From Lama glama (lineage: Eukaryota): a DNA stretch of 64,000 nucleotides. The DNA lies in the NCBI GenBank assembly GCA_028534125.1, contig CM052816.1, positions 90,088,001 through 90,152,000 on the forward strand, read 5' to 3'. A program made the position numbers and the translations under genes. The notes under the pieces are model-generated. The model saw only the letters and a program-made list of their open reading frames with translations. It did no database searches and was not told the origin of the DNA. Below, one piece after another: positions 14,193 to 26,450 of this stretch (its first letter is position 1; the number at the start of each line of letters is the position of its first letter).

Positions 14193-14340
14193 TGTATTCT
14201 TTTGCTAAGGCTGCCGTAACAAAGTACCAGAAACTGAGTGACTTAAAACAGACTTTTTTTGTCTCTCGGTTCCGGAGGATAGAAGTCTGAAATCAGGGTG
14301 TTGGTTCCTTCTGAGGATCTGTCCCGTGCCTCTCCTCTAG
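14193..14340 (-). mobile_element. MLT1 (MaLR) LTR fragment
   Basis: tgtattcttttgctaaggctgccgtaacaaagtaccagaaactgagtgacttaaaaca...agaagtctgaaatcagggtgttgg is the typical MLT1 terminus. Confidence 0.8.
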
Positions 14341-15073
14341 CAAGGGGTGATAATGTCTCATCATCATAGCTTCTACCCCATGACTTCAGTTAAGAGAGTT
14401 TTTTTCCGCCTGTGGCTATGCTAGGACTCTGAGCCTGGTCACAAGCTGATCCAGTGATCATTGGTAAAGAATGTTTATGGCTGTATCATTAAGTTGTACA
14501 ATGGGAAGTGGGGCATGGGAGGATCACTAAGAAAAAGAAAATTAGTGTGTATACTATTTAAACACATGGATGCTCCTGTCTCCTTATAAGAGCACAGATT
14601 GCCTGGGCCAGAGATGGGCACAGTACGCAAGTCAAACCTGTCACATAGACTACCCACCGAGTAGCCACAGGGAAGGATCCGAGGGAGGGCAGAAGATGCA
14701 GCAGAGCCCATCAGAGACCACCCCTGGGAAGGGCTTTTGTTTTATTTATTTATTTATTATTTATTTAATTGCTAGAGACAATGAGAATGTTATCTTTCAA
14801 TGATGTTTTACTAAAAGCCACTACAAGTCATGTACAACATCCTGGGGGAAAGTCTGCTTGAGAGAATGAGGAGGCCACACAGACAGAGGAGAAGAAAGGC
14901 ACCTCTGCTACCAGTTCCAGGTTTTTCCAGCGCCAGCCCCAAAGCTCAGCTGTTCAGTTGTTCCTTCGACACCATGAGTGGTCCAGGAACCCTTTCAATA
15001 AATTTCCCTTTCTGTTCAATCTGGCTCAAAACTTTTCTTTTATCTTTTCCCCCAAAAGTATCTTGCTGTTTTC

Positions 15074-15074
15074 T

Positions 15075-15105
<31 letters not shown>

Positions 15106-15280
15106 GTATACACACACACACACACACAATATATACATAAAAATATATATATGTGTATATATACATATATATAAATATATATATACACACACTTAAATAT
15201 ATATAAATATATATATATTTTTAAGGCAATGAAATTGCGCTGCATTTCAAGTAATATTATATATCATATATATATATATA
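15074..15280. repeat. Compound (TA)n/(CA)n microsatellite
   Basis: Interrupted TA and CA runs seen directly. Confidence 0.95.
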
Positions 15281-15559
15281 AAGTTATGGATTTTGTTAAA
15301 GTATCTTTATATTATTCATGCAATTGAAATATTTCTTTTTAAAAAATTTTTAATTCTTTATTAGAAAAGTAAAACAATAAATTTTAACAACTCTTAACAA
15401 TAAATAACTTAATAACAATTATATCCTTTTATTTCACTCTTATTCAATTCAGAAGATGTTAAATTGTTTAGGAGGATTACGTATTCCCAAGCGTTTTTTG
15501 TGCTTATTGGCACACAATATCTTTCTTAGCTTTTATTTTCTCTCTTTCATACACACAAA

Positions 15560-16130
15560 CACACAATTTTTTCCATGCAAAAGATCATGCTGTACATATT
15601 GTTCTGCACCTGGCTTTTATAACTTAACAGTAGTTTAAAAAATTCTAAGTGAAAGCATGAAGGTTTGTTTTACTTTTGTTAATCACGGCATTTTGTGCAA
15701 ATACTCAGACATATCAAATTTATTTATTTATGCATATTTGTGATATTTCCAGGTGCAGTTTGATTTGGTTTGGGTTTTGCTGTTACATGTTAGTGAAATC
15801 AGTGCACATAAATCTTCAGTCATTGATGCTAGCAGTAGTGCAGGATAAATTTACAGAGATAAAATTGTTAGTCAAAAGTGTGTGCATTTATCTAAGTTCA
15901 AAAAAGAGTTTCTAACTGCCCTCTGAAAAGTCAAATAAATTTACATTCCCATCAGAAGTGTGAATACTATCCCGTTACTCTTGCCAACATCATGTGCTAT
16001 TAAATCTTCTCCTTTGAAATCTAACACAAAACTGTCATCCAGTTAATGTTTCAATGCGTATTTCCTGACCTCTAATGAGATTTCAGTAATTCTACATTTG
16101 TATTAATGTGTTGGCCCATTTGTTATTACA
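15560..16130 (-). mobile_element. Ancient L1ME-like fragment
   Basis: Degenerate L1 3' motifs (ctgtacatattgttctgcacctggcttt; caatttacattccc-like aaatttacattcccatcagaagtgtgaa). Confidence 0.55.
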
Positions 16131-16971
16131 GTCTTGGAGACAGTGAATATAGTTAACTCTTAGAAGTTTATGAAGCAGAGAGACATTAAAAAGTAGCTAA
16201 GTAGCATGTATGATTGAAAAGACTTATTTAGTTGACCATATTCTTATTGTTCATGGAAATATTTGAAGATATCCAAAGACCAATGAATAGCTCCAAATAC
16301 AGTACAGAGTATAACCACAAAGGAGTTAAAAATAAAAATTGGTAGTAAAAGTTTCTGGTGAAAATAAGAAATAGTGAGATCTGAACATAAATTAAGATTA
16401 TTCTTTCCTAATCTTATATCCCTAAAACAAAAGTTTGGATAAAATTATCCAGAAATTTTGTCCAAAATGTTACTTTCTTTTAAACATAATATATGTCTTC
16501 TATATTTAAAATGTTTAGTGTAAAATGTAATAAGTCCTCATATTATCAAGACTGATTTGCACTTATCATCATTTGAAGGCAACCCAGTTTACCAGCTTTT
16601 CCTGTATTTTGTGTTGTCCATCTTTGCCTTTTTATGTTGTCGCTATGTCCTAAATTCAATTTTCAGAAAAATGTAGTACCTAGATAATGTACTTTCTGAG
16701 TGCTTATGTGCCTCAATATATTTTTATTTTGAAATCACAGTTGAATATTACCCTGAACATAGAAATTTAGATAAGAAATAAGTTAAAAAAAAATTTACCA
16801 TCTTGACCTACTGTCTCACCACAGAGCAAAAAGGCATGGGCAAAGTGGTCTAAATTTTCTTTTTTTTTAACATATGGGAAAGCTGAGGCCCCTAGTGATT
16901 AAATTAACTATCAAATTTAAAATAACTAGTAAGTAGACAGCTGACACTAGAAATCAGATGCTCTGTATTCC

Positions 16972-17350
16972 TGTGTTAGTTCCCTAGGTTTGCCAAAACA
17001 AAGTGCTGCAGTCTGGGTGGCTTAAAGACAGGGTTTATTTTCTCACGATTCTGAAGGCCAGAAGTCCCAGATCAAGATCTTGGCAGGGTTTCTTCTAAGC
17101 GTTCTCTCTCTGGCTTGTAGATGACTTTCTTCTCCTAGTGTCTTCACATGGTCTCTTTCTGTAGGTTTCTGCACCCTAATTTCCTCTTCTAGGGCAAAGT
17201 CAGATTGGATTAGGGTTTACCCTAAGGACCTCTCTTCAGCTGAATTACTTCTGTAAAGACCCTATGTGCAAATAAAATCACATATTGAGATACTAGGTAT
17301 TAGGACTTCAAACTATGGATGAGGGTCGTGGCAAAATTCAGCTCATAATA
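16972..17350 (-). mobile_element. MLT1A/B-type MaLR solo LTR
   Basis: tgtgttagttccctagg...ctgggtggcttaaa...ttctcacgattctgaaggccagaagtcc...tgagatactaggtattaggacttcaa...ttcagctcataata; full-length MLT1 motif order. Confidence 0.85.
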
Positions 17351-19754
17351 ATCCTCAATCCATACAATATCTCTATTAAATATACAAAGTTTTACAATGT
17401 TTAAAACAACCTAAGGCCCAACTCCAGAACCTAATTATGCCACTAAGCATACCAAAGTGAAGACCTCAATCTCTAAATATTTTTAGAGAATGTGAGATAG
17501 GTACAAGTCAATCTTCTTGAGAAACTTTACTTAAACAGGTGTTTATCCCTGATAAATTGTCTTCTGCTGCTGCCAAAAGCAAGCCATGTTCAGCTTTTAT
17601 ATTTTTTCAAGTGATCCATTTATCCTACCTGAAGACAGCTTACTTCTGACATAGAAGTTACCAACCTCAGCCAACCCTGTCTTGTCATGCAGCTTAGAAA
17701 ACTTAATCTCTTTAATAAATGTACTGAAGTAAAGCTTATCTTTAAACAGAGCATAAATGGACAACACCCTCATATATTTGTCCTCATTTTATGCCACTGT
17801 TTTCTACAATAAAACAGTGCCCCCCCAATATCTTAAGTTAAACATAAATTCAAAATATATGTACATTAGTTGTCTTCTGTAACATAGCAGATGATGCACA
17901 CTTATTTTCTTTCAAATTTATGAAAAAAGCAGTGTAAGCAAAATGCATCTTCTAGAGTCTTGTTGGATGATAGATGGATACCAAAGTCTGGGAAGATTTC
18001 CAGGTACATTTCAAGGAAGTTAGTTTCTCAACGTTGCCGGTAAAGATTCTTTTCCCTGGAATGAATGCCATTAACTACTGTCAATCTAATACTCAGTTTA
18101 TTATAGCAAACTACTCAGACAGAAAGTAACCATTCACATTAGAAATTTTATTAACTTTAAAGCTGATAAATTCTTCTGTCAAAAGAATTTCTAATCACAT
18201 TTAATTTTCAGCTAAGGATCAACATGAATGGAAAACCACTTCAAACACTGTTGTTTCATCAAACGGTGGATTGAATAGGGAATGAACTCCAGCCATCTCA
18301 TAAGACAGCATATTATTTTACAAATAATAAAGCAGAGTTAATTGATCTGTCCAATTTTAACAGTATAATGCATGAATTGGTTTTAACTTTTTTAACCTGT
18401 GTACTAATTCAAGTCCTTGATGTTATCTACCACACTTTGAAAATGTACTTTTAGATTCATGTGAATATATAATACATATAACTATAATACATATAATATT
18501 TTATATGGATATTGTATATATGGATATATAGATATATATATAATCATTCAGTCATGGTAGTATTGCCCCCACTGAGTCCTAGAAGGAACTGCTGAAACCA
18601 ATACTGGAAACACAGGATGCTGTTGCTATGGTAATGAATTATAAACCAAATTTTGCTTCTCTGTATCACTCAGATTGGATTAAACATCCCAGGTGGGATT
18701 GCTCAGGTAAGCAACCATGTTATAATGCATGCAAAACTCGTGCATGGAAGGCAGAAATCTAGCATCTTTGGATTCCCTAGGGGGAAATAAGGACCCATTC
18801 CCATGAAAACTCAAACAAAGGCATGATCCGTAGAGGTAGAAAGTTGGTACAATATATACTCAAATTGAATTTACCTCAAAGATCTACTTGGAGGATAGCC
18901 TCTGATTATCCTGCATACACATACCTATATCTCATATTTGTGCTTCTCAGAGAAATGCCCTGCCTATCAGAATCCAACTGTCTCTTATATTAACAAAATC
19001 ATTTAGCTTCACTTGGGAGAGACAGCCCCAATCCCATCAGTTACTGAATTCACTTCCAAATCTAAAATTTTTGACCTATTAATCTGTTTCTTTGAACTCA
19101 TGAAATCCTGTCTGTATTCTGTCACCTCTGAGCTAAAAAATTAACTACTTTCTTTGTATGCAGAATGTGTAACTGCAGCTGCTATGAGGGCTGTAAACAG
19201 TTAGCTATGTCTTTGCTACTATGTGATCCGCCCCCTGAACTTTTGTAAGAAACACAGCTACTTGAGTTTTGCTACTTACTGTGGTTTTGTTACTTTGCTT
19301 GTGTCCTCACTTCCATTTCTGAGGATTTTAATCACATGTAGGTCCCACCAGCACGTGGATGCATAAACTCCATTTTGCATCAACAATGCTTTTTCTCTTT
19401 GACAGGCAGAATTATTCACCCAAATCTTCATCATAACCCACTTTTTTTTTCCATTTAGGTGAATTAGGAGCTTACCTTGGCCAGGTTGCAATGCTAACTC
19501 TCAAGTCAATAAAATCACTGTTGTTTACCAAGTAGAAACATTTCCCCCCCTTTGCGGCTGAAATCATCAATTAAGAAGATTCCAAGGGATTGAGAAGAGA
19601 AATGTTTTTCAAGTGGAACAAGAGATATAATAGTGAGAAATAGTGTTCCCTGATCGCAAGCACACATGGAACTCAATTTGATAGCATCCCAGTCTATAAT
19701 AAGGTTTAACCATCCGCCTCGCTTTGCACCTGAAGCTTCTCGAGCCATTCAACT

Positions 19755-19825
19755 GTTTTGGATTGGGGCGGGGTGGAGGGGGGCATTCTACTTGATGAGA
19801 TACATTATAGGACCAATGGGTAACG
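19755..19825. promoter_or_regulatory. Promoter-like motif cluster (CCAAT boxes + GC box)
   Basis: ATTGG 19762-19766 overlapping GGGGCGGGG 19765-19773; second CCAAT at ~19814; motif match only. Confidence 0.35.
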
Positions 19826-20071
19826 CCAAGAGTATCAGACTTTTCCTTAATATTTTATTTAAAAGTTAGTTTCTTGACTTGTACCAAGGTAGTGTGGTAG
19901 TTTCTGAGGAAATTTTGGCTGACGTTGATGGGAGGAAGAAAGATTTTGTGAAGAATGGAGAAAGCTTTAAATATTCATATGTAGTGGGGAATATTCAAGT
20001 AGAAGGAAATGTATGAATTTTGGAAAGGAATATTCAGAAATGAAGATGAATGCTGATGATTTACCAAATGT

Positions 20072-20593
20072 TGTTATCGAGTCCAAACTCGTTCTGCTTG
20101 CTGCATGACAGGCCAATAAATCAGCAGATGAGGTGTCGGGGCAAGGAATAATGACTTTATTTGGAAAGCCAGCAGATGGAGTAGATGGCAGACTAATGTC
20201 CTGGAAAACCATTTTCCCCCAAGTCTGAATTCAGGCTCCTTTTATACTAAAAAGGAGAGGGGGTGTGGTTGGTTGTTACAAACTTCTTGGTGTCGGAGTC
20301 CTTTGTTCTTGCAGCTGTCCATGTAGGTCAGGTCATGGTGTCCCTGTAAACCTCCAAGGAGACAAATGTTATTTTCTATTCTGCAATTTTTTATCTTTAT
20401 ATGAATGAGAAAGTGCTACACCCTTAAAGGTTCTGACCATAAGAATGAGCTCTCCTGTACATTTCAGACTATTGGCAACATTCTGCCACAAAAGGATGCA
20501 GAACCAGCGTGAGGAAGTACAGGAAACACAGAGCAGGGTTAGAGCCAGAGGGACAGATCTACTATGGAGTCAGATTTGTTCTTCCCTAATACA
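20072..20593 (-). mobile_element. ERV1-class solo LTR, intact with 4-bp TSD
   Basis: TG...CA termini (tgttatc...aataca), ATGT direct repeat at 20068-20071 and 20594-20597; minus-strand TATAAAA (~20240-20246) followed by AATAAA (~20156-20161). Confidence 0.85.
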
Positions 20594-21399
20594 ATGTGCT
20601 TGCATGAACATAAGAATAATGGGAATATAAAATCTGTCTGAGTCAGATGCTTGGTACTAGCCAGAGTTCCTTCAGTCCATCAGTCCATTGACAACACTTG
20701 ATGAGGTCCTCTTAGTTCTAACCTTAAATGTAAACACCAAGCTTTTATTAGGGGGCCTGTGTGTTTGCAAACAATACAAATGTAATTGTTTTGATGAAAT
20801 TAAGACTAAAAATTAGTGTAAAATGAAGAAAATCTGCATCTTTTAAGATAACAGGGCAAATGTCTTTAACACAAAATGTTTCTCTTTATCTCAAAAATGC
20901 GACAATGCTATTATGAGAAGCAAGGCTAGCTTTTATCCTATCATGAATTACTGTGGTTTCCTAAGTCTTCTAATGGTTACACTTAGAAATATGCAAGGAA
21001 ATTGGCAATGAGATTTTCAGAAGAGCATAGGATAAAGTTACTCCATTCAGTGGAAGGGGTTTAAGTGTTTCAAATTATAGCTGTTTCCTGAAAACATTTT
21101 TTTTCCCTGCTAACTACTTGTAGGAGATAAGAATATTTCATAATTAATCCCCAGTTGTTTCTTGTTATGCTTCTAGTGATATATTTCTGTGCTCTAATGG
21201 GTTGAGAGATAGTGTTACAAAATAAATGTAATCCACATTTTCTATTTGTCAAAGCCTTTATTTGAAGCACGAACAGTTTTGAATTTAAAATGGGAAGTTG
21301 TCTAAATTACATTCAAATAAATAGTTATTGTTTGGAAAGTTTCATATCCTTGACTCTGTGATAGTTTCTGAAAGATATACATAAATATAAACAGTTTCT

Positions 21400-22110
21400 A
21401 TTCAAGGCTTACAGGAAATACACACTCCTAGCGTGATGGAAAAGTATACTGATAATTAAGTACAAGGCATAATTCAAACAGCATTGCAAAGACCCAAGCA
21501 TATATCATGAAGGAAGTAAATTTGACTTACTTTTTAAAGAATAAATAGGGTTCTGATAGGTAAATTTGTGAAGGAGGAGAAGTCTTTCAGATGGGGGAAA
21601 AAGAGTTTTTACATGGGCAAAAATTCAGGGGCTAGAAAACTGGAGAAACTACCAATGAAAAAATTTTAACTCCAGTTTGTATAGATTGCATAAATAATGT
21701 TAAAGTTCAGCCAGTTGTCATTCTGGGAAGGTGGATGGTGCCAGGACATGTAAGATTTTGGAAAATTAAGAGTATGGGAATATAGATCTAATGAAAGAGG
21801 CAATGGAAGTGGTTAGAACTTTGCTTGAGGAAGATTGATTTCACAGCACTTTAATTCATAGAACGAAATTTAGCTGAAACAGTAATAAAGATGAAGTCGG
21901 CAGTTGGACATGATTTCAGTAAACCGAGGTGTATGAGAGGAAGCCTCAAGGTAGCATAGAAGTGGAGAAAAGAAAATCATTGCAAACCAAACAAATCAAA
22001 GCAAAACAAAAACACGTTGTAAGTAAAAAAGTATAAATGTGATGGCTAAAAAGATTTAGGTAAGGAGAGAAGGATCATACAAAGATGACTAATGTCTTAT
22101 ATTTAGCTAT
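21400..22110 (-). mobile_element. Degenerate L2 fragment
   Basis: Purine-rich stretch with L2-like motifs (aatgaaagaggcaatggaag; aaagatgactaatgtc). Confidence 0.45.
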
Positions 22111-23511
22111 CAGAAGATTCATGGTTCATTATCAAGAGCTGCCGAAGGTATGATTTGGGTCCCTGTCTCAGAGAGAGCCTTATGAATAGCATATAATTAT
22201 CAACAATTTCAGCCCAAAAGTTTTGAATGACTTTTGCAATATTAAATGACATTAATACACTGATAATATTGCTTGAAGGACTTTGATAAAAATTTGAGTG
22301 ATCTTTGCCTATTAATCCTAAAATTGATAAAGGGTCTGTGGGAATTAAAATTAACTTCTGGATATGATATGCTTCAGGTTATTTTAAATTTTATTCTCTG
22401 TTTATTTTCCAGATATAAATCAACAGTCACAGCGCACACACACGTGCAATTATTTAGGAGAGGAGGAGATGGCAAAACACACCGCATATACATAAGGGAG
22501 TTGCTTTGGTATCACCTAATTCGAACCTGACCACGTCCCCTCCTAGTTTTGATTGAACAAAAGCATGAACCCTATGTTGTGCTGCCATTGTTTTCCTGCC
22601 TGTCTTAAAAAGTGCAATGATCCTCAATGCCAAACTCTAGTTCGCTGGAGGTTCAGTCGGGTATTATTAGCAAGTGTACAGTTTTCTCTCCAGATTTTTT
22701 ATGAAGGTTAATTTCATTTCCGATTGAAAGAAGCTGGGTGATGATATTTCTGCATTTTGTGTGTTTAGGAGGAAATGTATGGCTCTGTCAAAACTGCAGA
22801 CGCATTACTCACACCATTGATTTGTAGACCCTTCGGGTAGACTAAGAGGCGGGCTTCTCAGTCTGTCTTTATGCCACTGCTCCCAGCCCCCAGCCCCGCA
22901 ACCCAGAGCAGCCCTTGTTCTTCTGAGTTAGAGGATGTGGAGGGTGTAACCAGGAGATGACTGTGTCTTGAGAAATCTACAAGGATCCCGCCACATTATC
23001 TGAATCTCTCTGTCTGTCTGTTTCTCTTTTTCTCGCATGCACAGATCAACTATTTCCTTCAGTTCAAGACTTACAGATGTATTTAACAGAACTATTCCAA
23101 GCTTTAGCATATGGAGATTTAAGATAAGATTTTAAAAAAATTGTATATTTTGTTGACTTTCAAATAGGAATTAAGGAATGTTTGGTGCCGGGAAATATTC
23201 ACGCCCTCAGCTTACCTGCCTATTGGGATAATTGAGGTGGGGAGGGAACATATTCTCACGGAGAATGACGTTGATTTCCATAGCACTGTCTTTTCCTGAG
23301 CTTAAACATATTATTTAGACCTGCAGTAGCTCCTGCAACAAACAAAGCCACCAATTTCAGTAGCTTAACAGTAAATTTTATTTCTCCTCTACATACTTGA
23401 AATCCTAAAATGTAATTTCTTATTAGGGTCTGCTGTCTTGGAAGCACTAATTTAAAGATCCAGTTTCCTTATGTCTTTTGGGGCTGCTGTCTTTAACATG
23501 TAGTTCCCAAA

Positions 23512-23986
23512 ATACATTTGTTCCCCAAGGCTGCGGTAACAGATTACCGCACACTGGGTGGCTTTGAAGCAACATCAGTTTATTCCCTCACATTTCTAGA
23601 GGTTAGAAGTCTCAAATCAAGGTATTGGCAAGGCCATGCTTTCTCTCTGAAAACTCTAAGGAAGGATCTTTCCTTGCCCCTTTCTACCTTTGGGTGGTTC
23701 CTGGCAGCCTTAGGAGTTCTTTGTCTGTAAGTACGCCACTCCAATCTCTGCCTCTGTCATCACGTGGTATTCTCCCTGTACATGTTTGTGTCCAAATTTC
23801 CCTCTTCTTATGAAGATTACAGTCCTTACATAAAGACACCAGTTCTGTTGGACTAATGGACCACCGTTATCCACTAGGATTTCATCTTAACTTGTTTACA
23901 TCTGCAAAGATCTTATTTCCGAATAAGGTCATGTTAACAGGTTGCGGATGGACATAAATTTTGAGGTATGTTATTCAACCCTGTAC
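23512..23986 (-). mobile_element. MLT1B/C-type LTR nested in an older MLT1 LTR (~23310-24210)
   Basis: ggctgcggtaacagattaccgcacactgggtggc...catctgcaaagatcttatttccgaataaggtca...attcaaccctgtaca; flanks ttcccaa|caaggtcac rejoin as the older LTR. Confidence 0.85.
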
Positions 23987-24759
23987 ACAAGGTCACAGAG
24001 CTTGGCTAAATTAATATGGAAGAGGGTAAAATAGCATGGAAGATGAGAACTCAGAGATGTCTACGTGGACTAGGCTTAAAAGTAGTGTGAACCCCTGCGG
24101 TTCTGGAAAATCATTAAGTGAATACATCCACGTCTGTGGAGACTGGAATATATAACACAGATGTGTAGCCAGGCAGCAAAGGAAACAGGTTTGTGAGCAG
24201 GTGGTCAGTATGTATCATTATTTGCTCCTCTTTTTAAAAAAGTTTAGTTAAATATAAGCTAAAATAAAGCACATCTGGGAAAAAGAGAATGAGGCTCAAA
24301 ACCAGAAATATATTCTTAGTTGTTTTGTTTTACTTCTATTTTGTGTCCAGTCTATCAGAAAAGAGATCGTATTGTTAGAATCTTCCTGGTCACAAGACCA
24401 AACTAAATTTCACTTGATTTCTTGGGAAAAAGAAAATAGTGTAGAAAGAAGTGTAGTGAATCATCTAATACATTTATCTGTAGTCAAAAAATAACAAATT
24501 GAGTACATTTCTCACTGATGTTTTCTTGATAAATAAAATGTCATAGAAAATTTAAGCACTCTAAGTTTTCTTCTTTAGACCCCTTACCTCCTCCTCTATA
24601 AGTAGCTATTATTGTGGAACTGATGTAGATTATTATTTTTACTTTCTTACAAATAAAGTTCAGTGCAACTACATTGGAAGTACATTACAATTTTGCTCAG
24701 AATGAAAGCCATAAATATTCACTCGGTTCACTTATTAAGTCCAGTGTATTGAGTAACAA

Positions 24760-25610
24760 CTTAAATACAGTCAATTCCTTTCCTTTTAAATGTATGATTT
24801 GACAAGTTTTGACAAATATATACAGTTATGTAACTACTACCACCATTAAGTTACAGAACATTTCCATCGCCACAAAAAGATTCCTGCTGCCTCTTTCAGC
24901 CCTTCTCCTACTCCCAGCCTTAGCTCCTGGAAAAGAGTTGTCTGATTTCTGCTTCTACTGTTTTGTCTTTCTTTAATGCTGTGTAAATGGAATTGTTTCG
25001 TGTGTATATTTCTAGTATTCTTTACTTAGCAGTAATCTTTTGAGACTCATCCCTGCTGTTGCATATATCTACCTGTAGTTCATTATTTTTTTTAATTGCT
25101 GAGCATTCCAATGCACAGAGGTGCCATGATTTGTTGATCCACTCAATAGCTGATGGTCACTTAAGTTGTCTTCAACTTGGGCTCCCATACACAATAATAA
25201 AGTTCCGATATTGAGTTGCATGCAGATTTTTGTGTGGATATTTGTTTTCATTTCTCTTGGATAAATAGCTAGAAGAGATATTTTAAGATCATACAATAGG
25301 GTGAAGGTTTAAATTCATGAGAAATTGACAAGCTGTTTTCCAAAGTAGATGTATTATTTTATATTTTCAAGTTGAGAGAGTTCCAGTTGCTTTGCCTGCT
25401 GGCCAGCCTTTTTGTGATCTGATTTCTTAATTGTGGTGGTTTTAGTATATGTGTATGCTATTTGATAGGGTTTATATTTTCCTAATGGCTAATAATGTTG
25501 AGCATTACTTTGTGTGCTTATTTTTCATTCATATCTTAGGAGAGAGTATGCTCAAATTCTCTGCTCATTTTTTAAAATGGGATACTTTTCTTATTACTTA
25601 TTTATAATAA
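24760..25610 (-). mobile_element. L1MB/L1MC-like 3' end
   Basis: ttttgacaaatatatacagttatgtaactactaccaccattaag...agaacatttccatc; tttttgtgtggatatttgttttcatttctcttggataaata. Confidence 0.85.
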
Positions 25611-25699
25611 TTTCATTTTGTATGTTGCATAGCTTCAGACTGTACATTTAGAGCTATAATGTATTCTGAGTTATTGGTTTTTGTACAGATGTAAATTGG

Positions 25700-26450
25700 A
25701 TTAACGTTAAGTTTTTGCACATATTGCTTGGGGTTTCCTCAGTTTGTTGGACTTTTAGTTGTTGTCTTTCACTAATTGTGGAAAGTCTGTGTCATTATTT
25801 CTTCAAAGCCTCCCTTTTTCTTCTCATACATTCTTTCTCCCTTATTTTCTTGGACTTCAATTACTTCCACATTAGAAATGTTAATATTTTCTCACATATT
25901 TTGTATGTTTTACTGGTTTTTCATTTTCTTCCTCAGCACTTGATTTTGGATAATTTCTAGTGAACTATTTTCAAGTTCAGCATTTTTTTTAAAGCTTTTT
26001 AAAGGAATTTTTCATCTCTGATATTATATCCTTTTGTTCTAGCATTTTTAACATTTCCTGTCTCGGCTGAAATTCACCATCCATGTGTGCATGCTGTCTA
26101 CCATTTCTACTAGATCCTTTAACATATCAATGGTTGCTATTTTAAAAATCCCCCTAATAGCTTCAATATCTGTATCTTTTTTGAATCTTGTTATGCCATT
26201 TCCTGTATCCCTTGAGAAAAGGGTCATTTGTTCTGCTTTTCTATGTGTCTCATAAGTTTTGACTGACTACTAGTCATCATGAATAGATGAGAGTTGAATA
26301 CATAGTATTTACATGTAGAAAGGAGTACTATTCTGTCAGTCTGATACCTTTGGAGGCTGATCAAATTTATTCAGTAATTAAACTCATTTTCTTGTTGCTA
26401 TCATACCAGTGAACAATAAGCTTTAATATTTCCAGTAGTAGGCTGTCTGG
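25700..26450 (-). mobile_element. Old L1M fragment
   Basis: T-rich degenerate L1 motifs (gtcattatttcttcaaa; ctgaaattcaccatc; tttctactagatcctttaacat). Confidence 0.55.

Noticed and set aside
14830..15245. ORFs with YIYI/THTH repeats
   Set aside because: Translation of a TA/CA microsatellite
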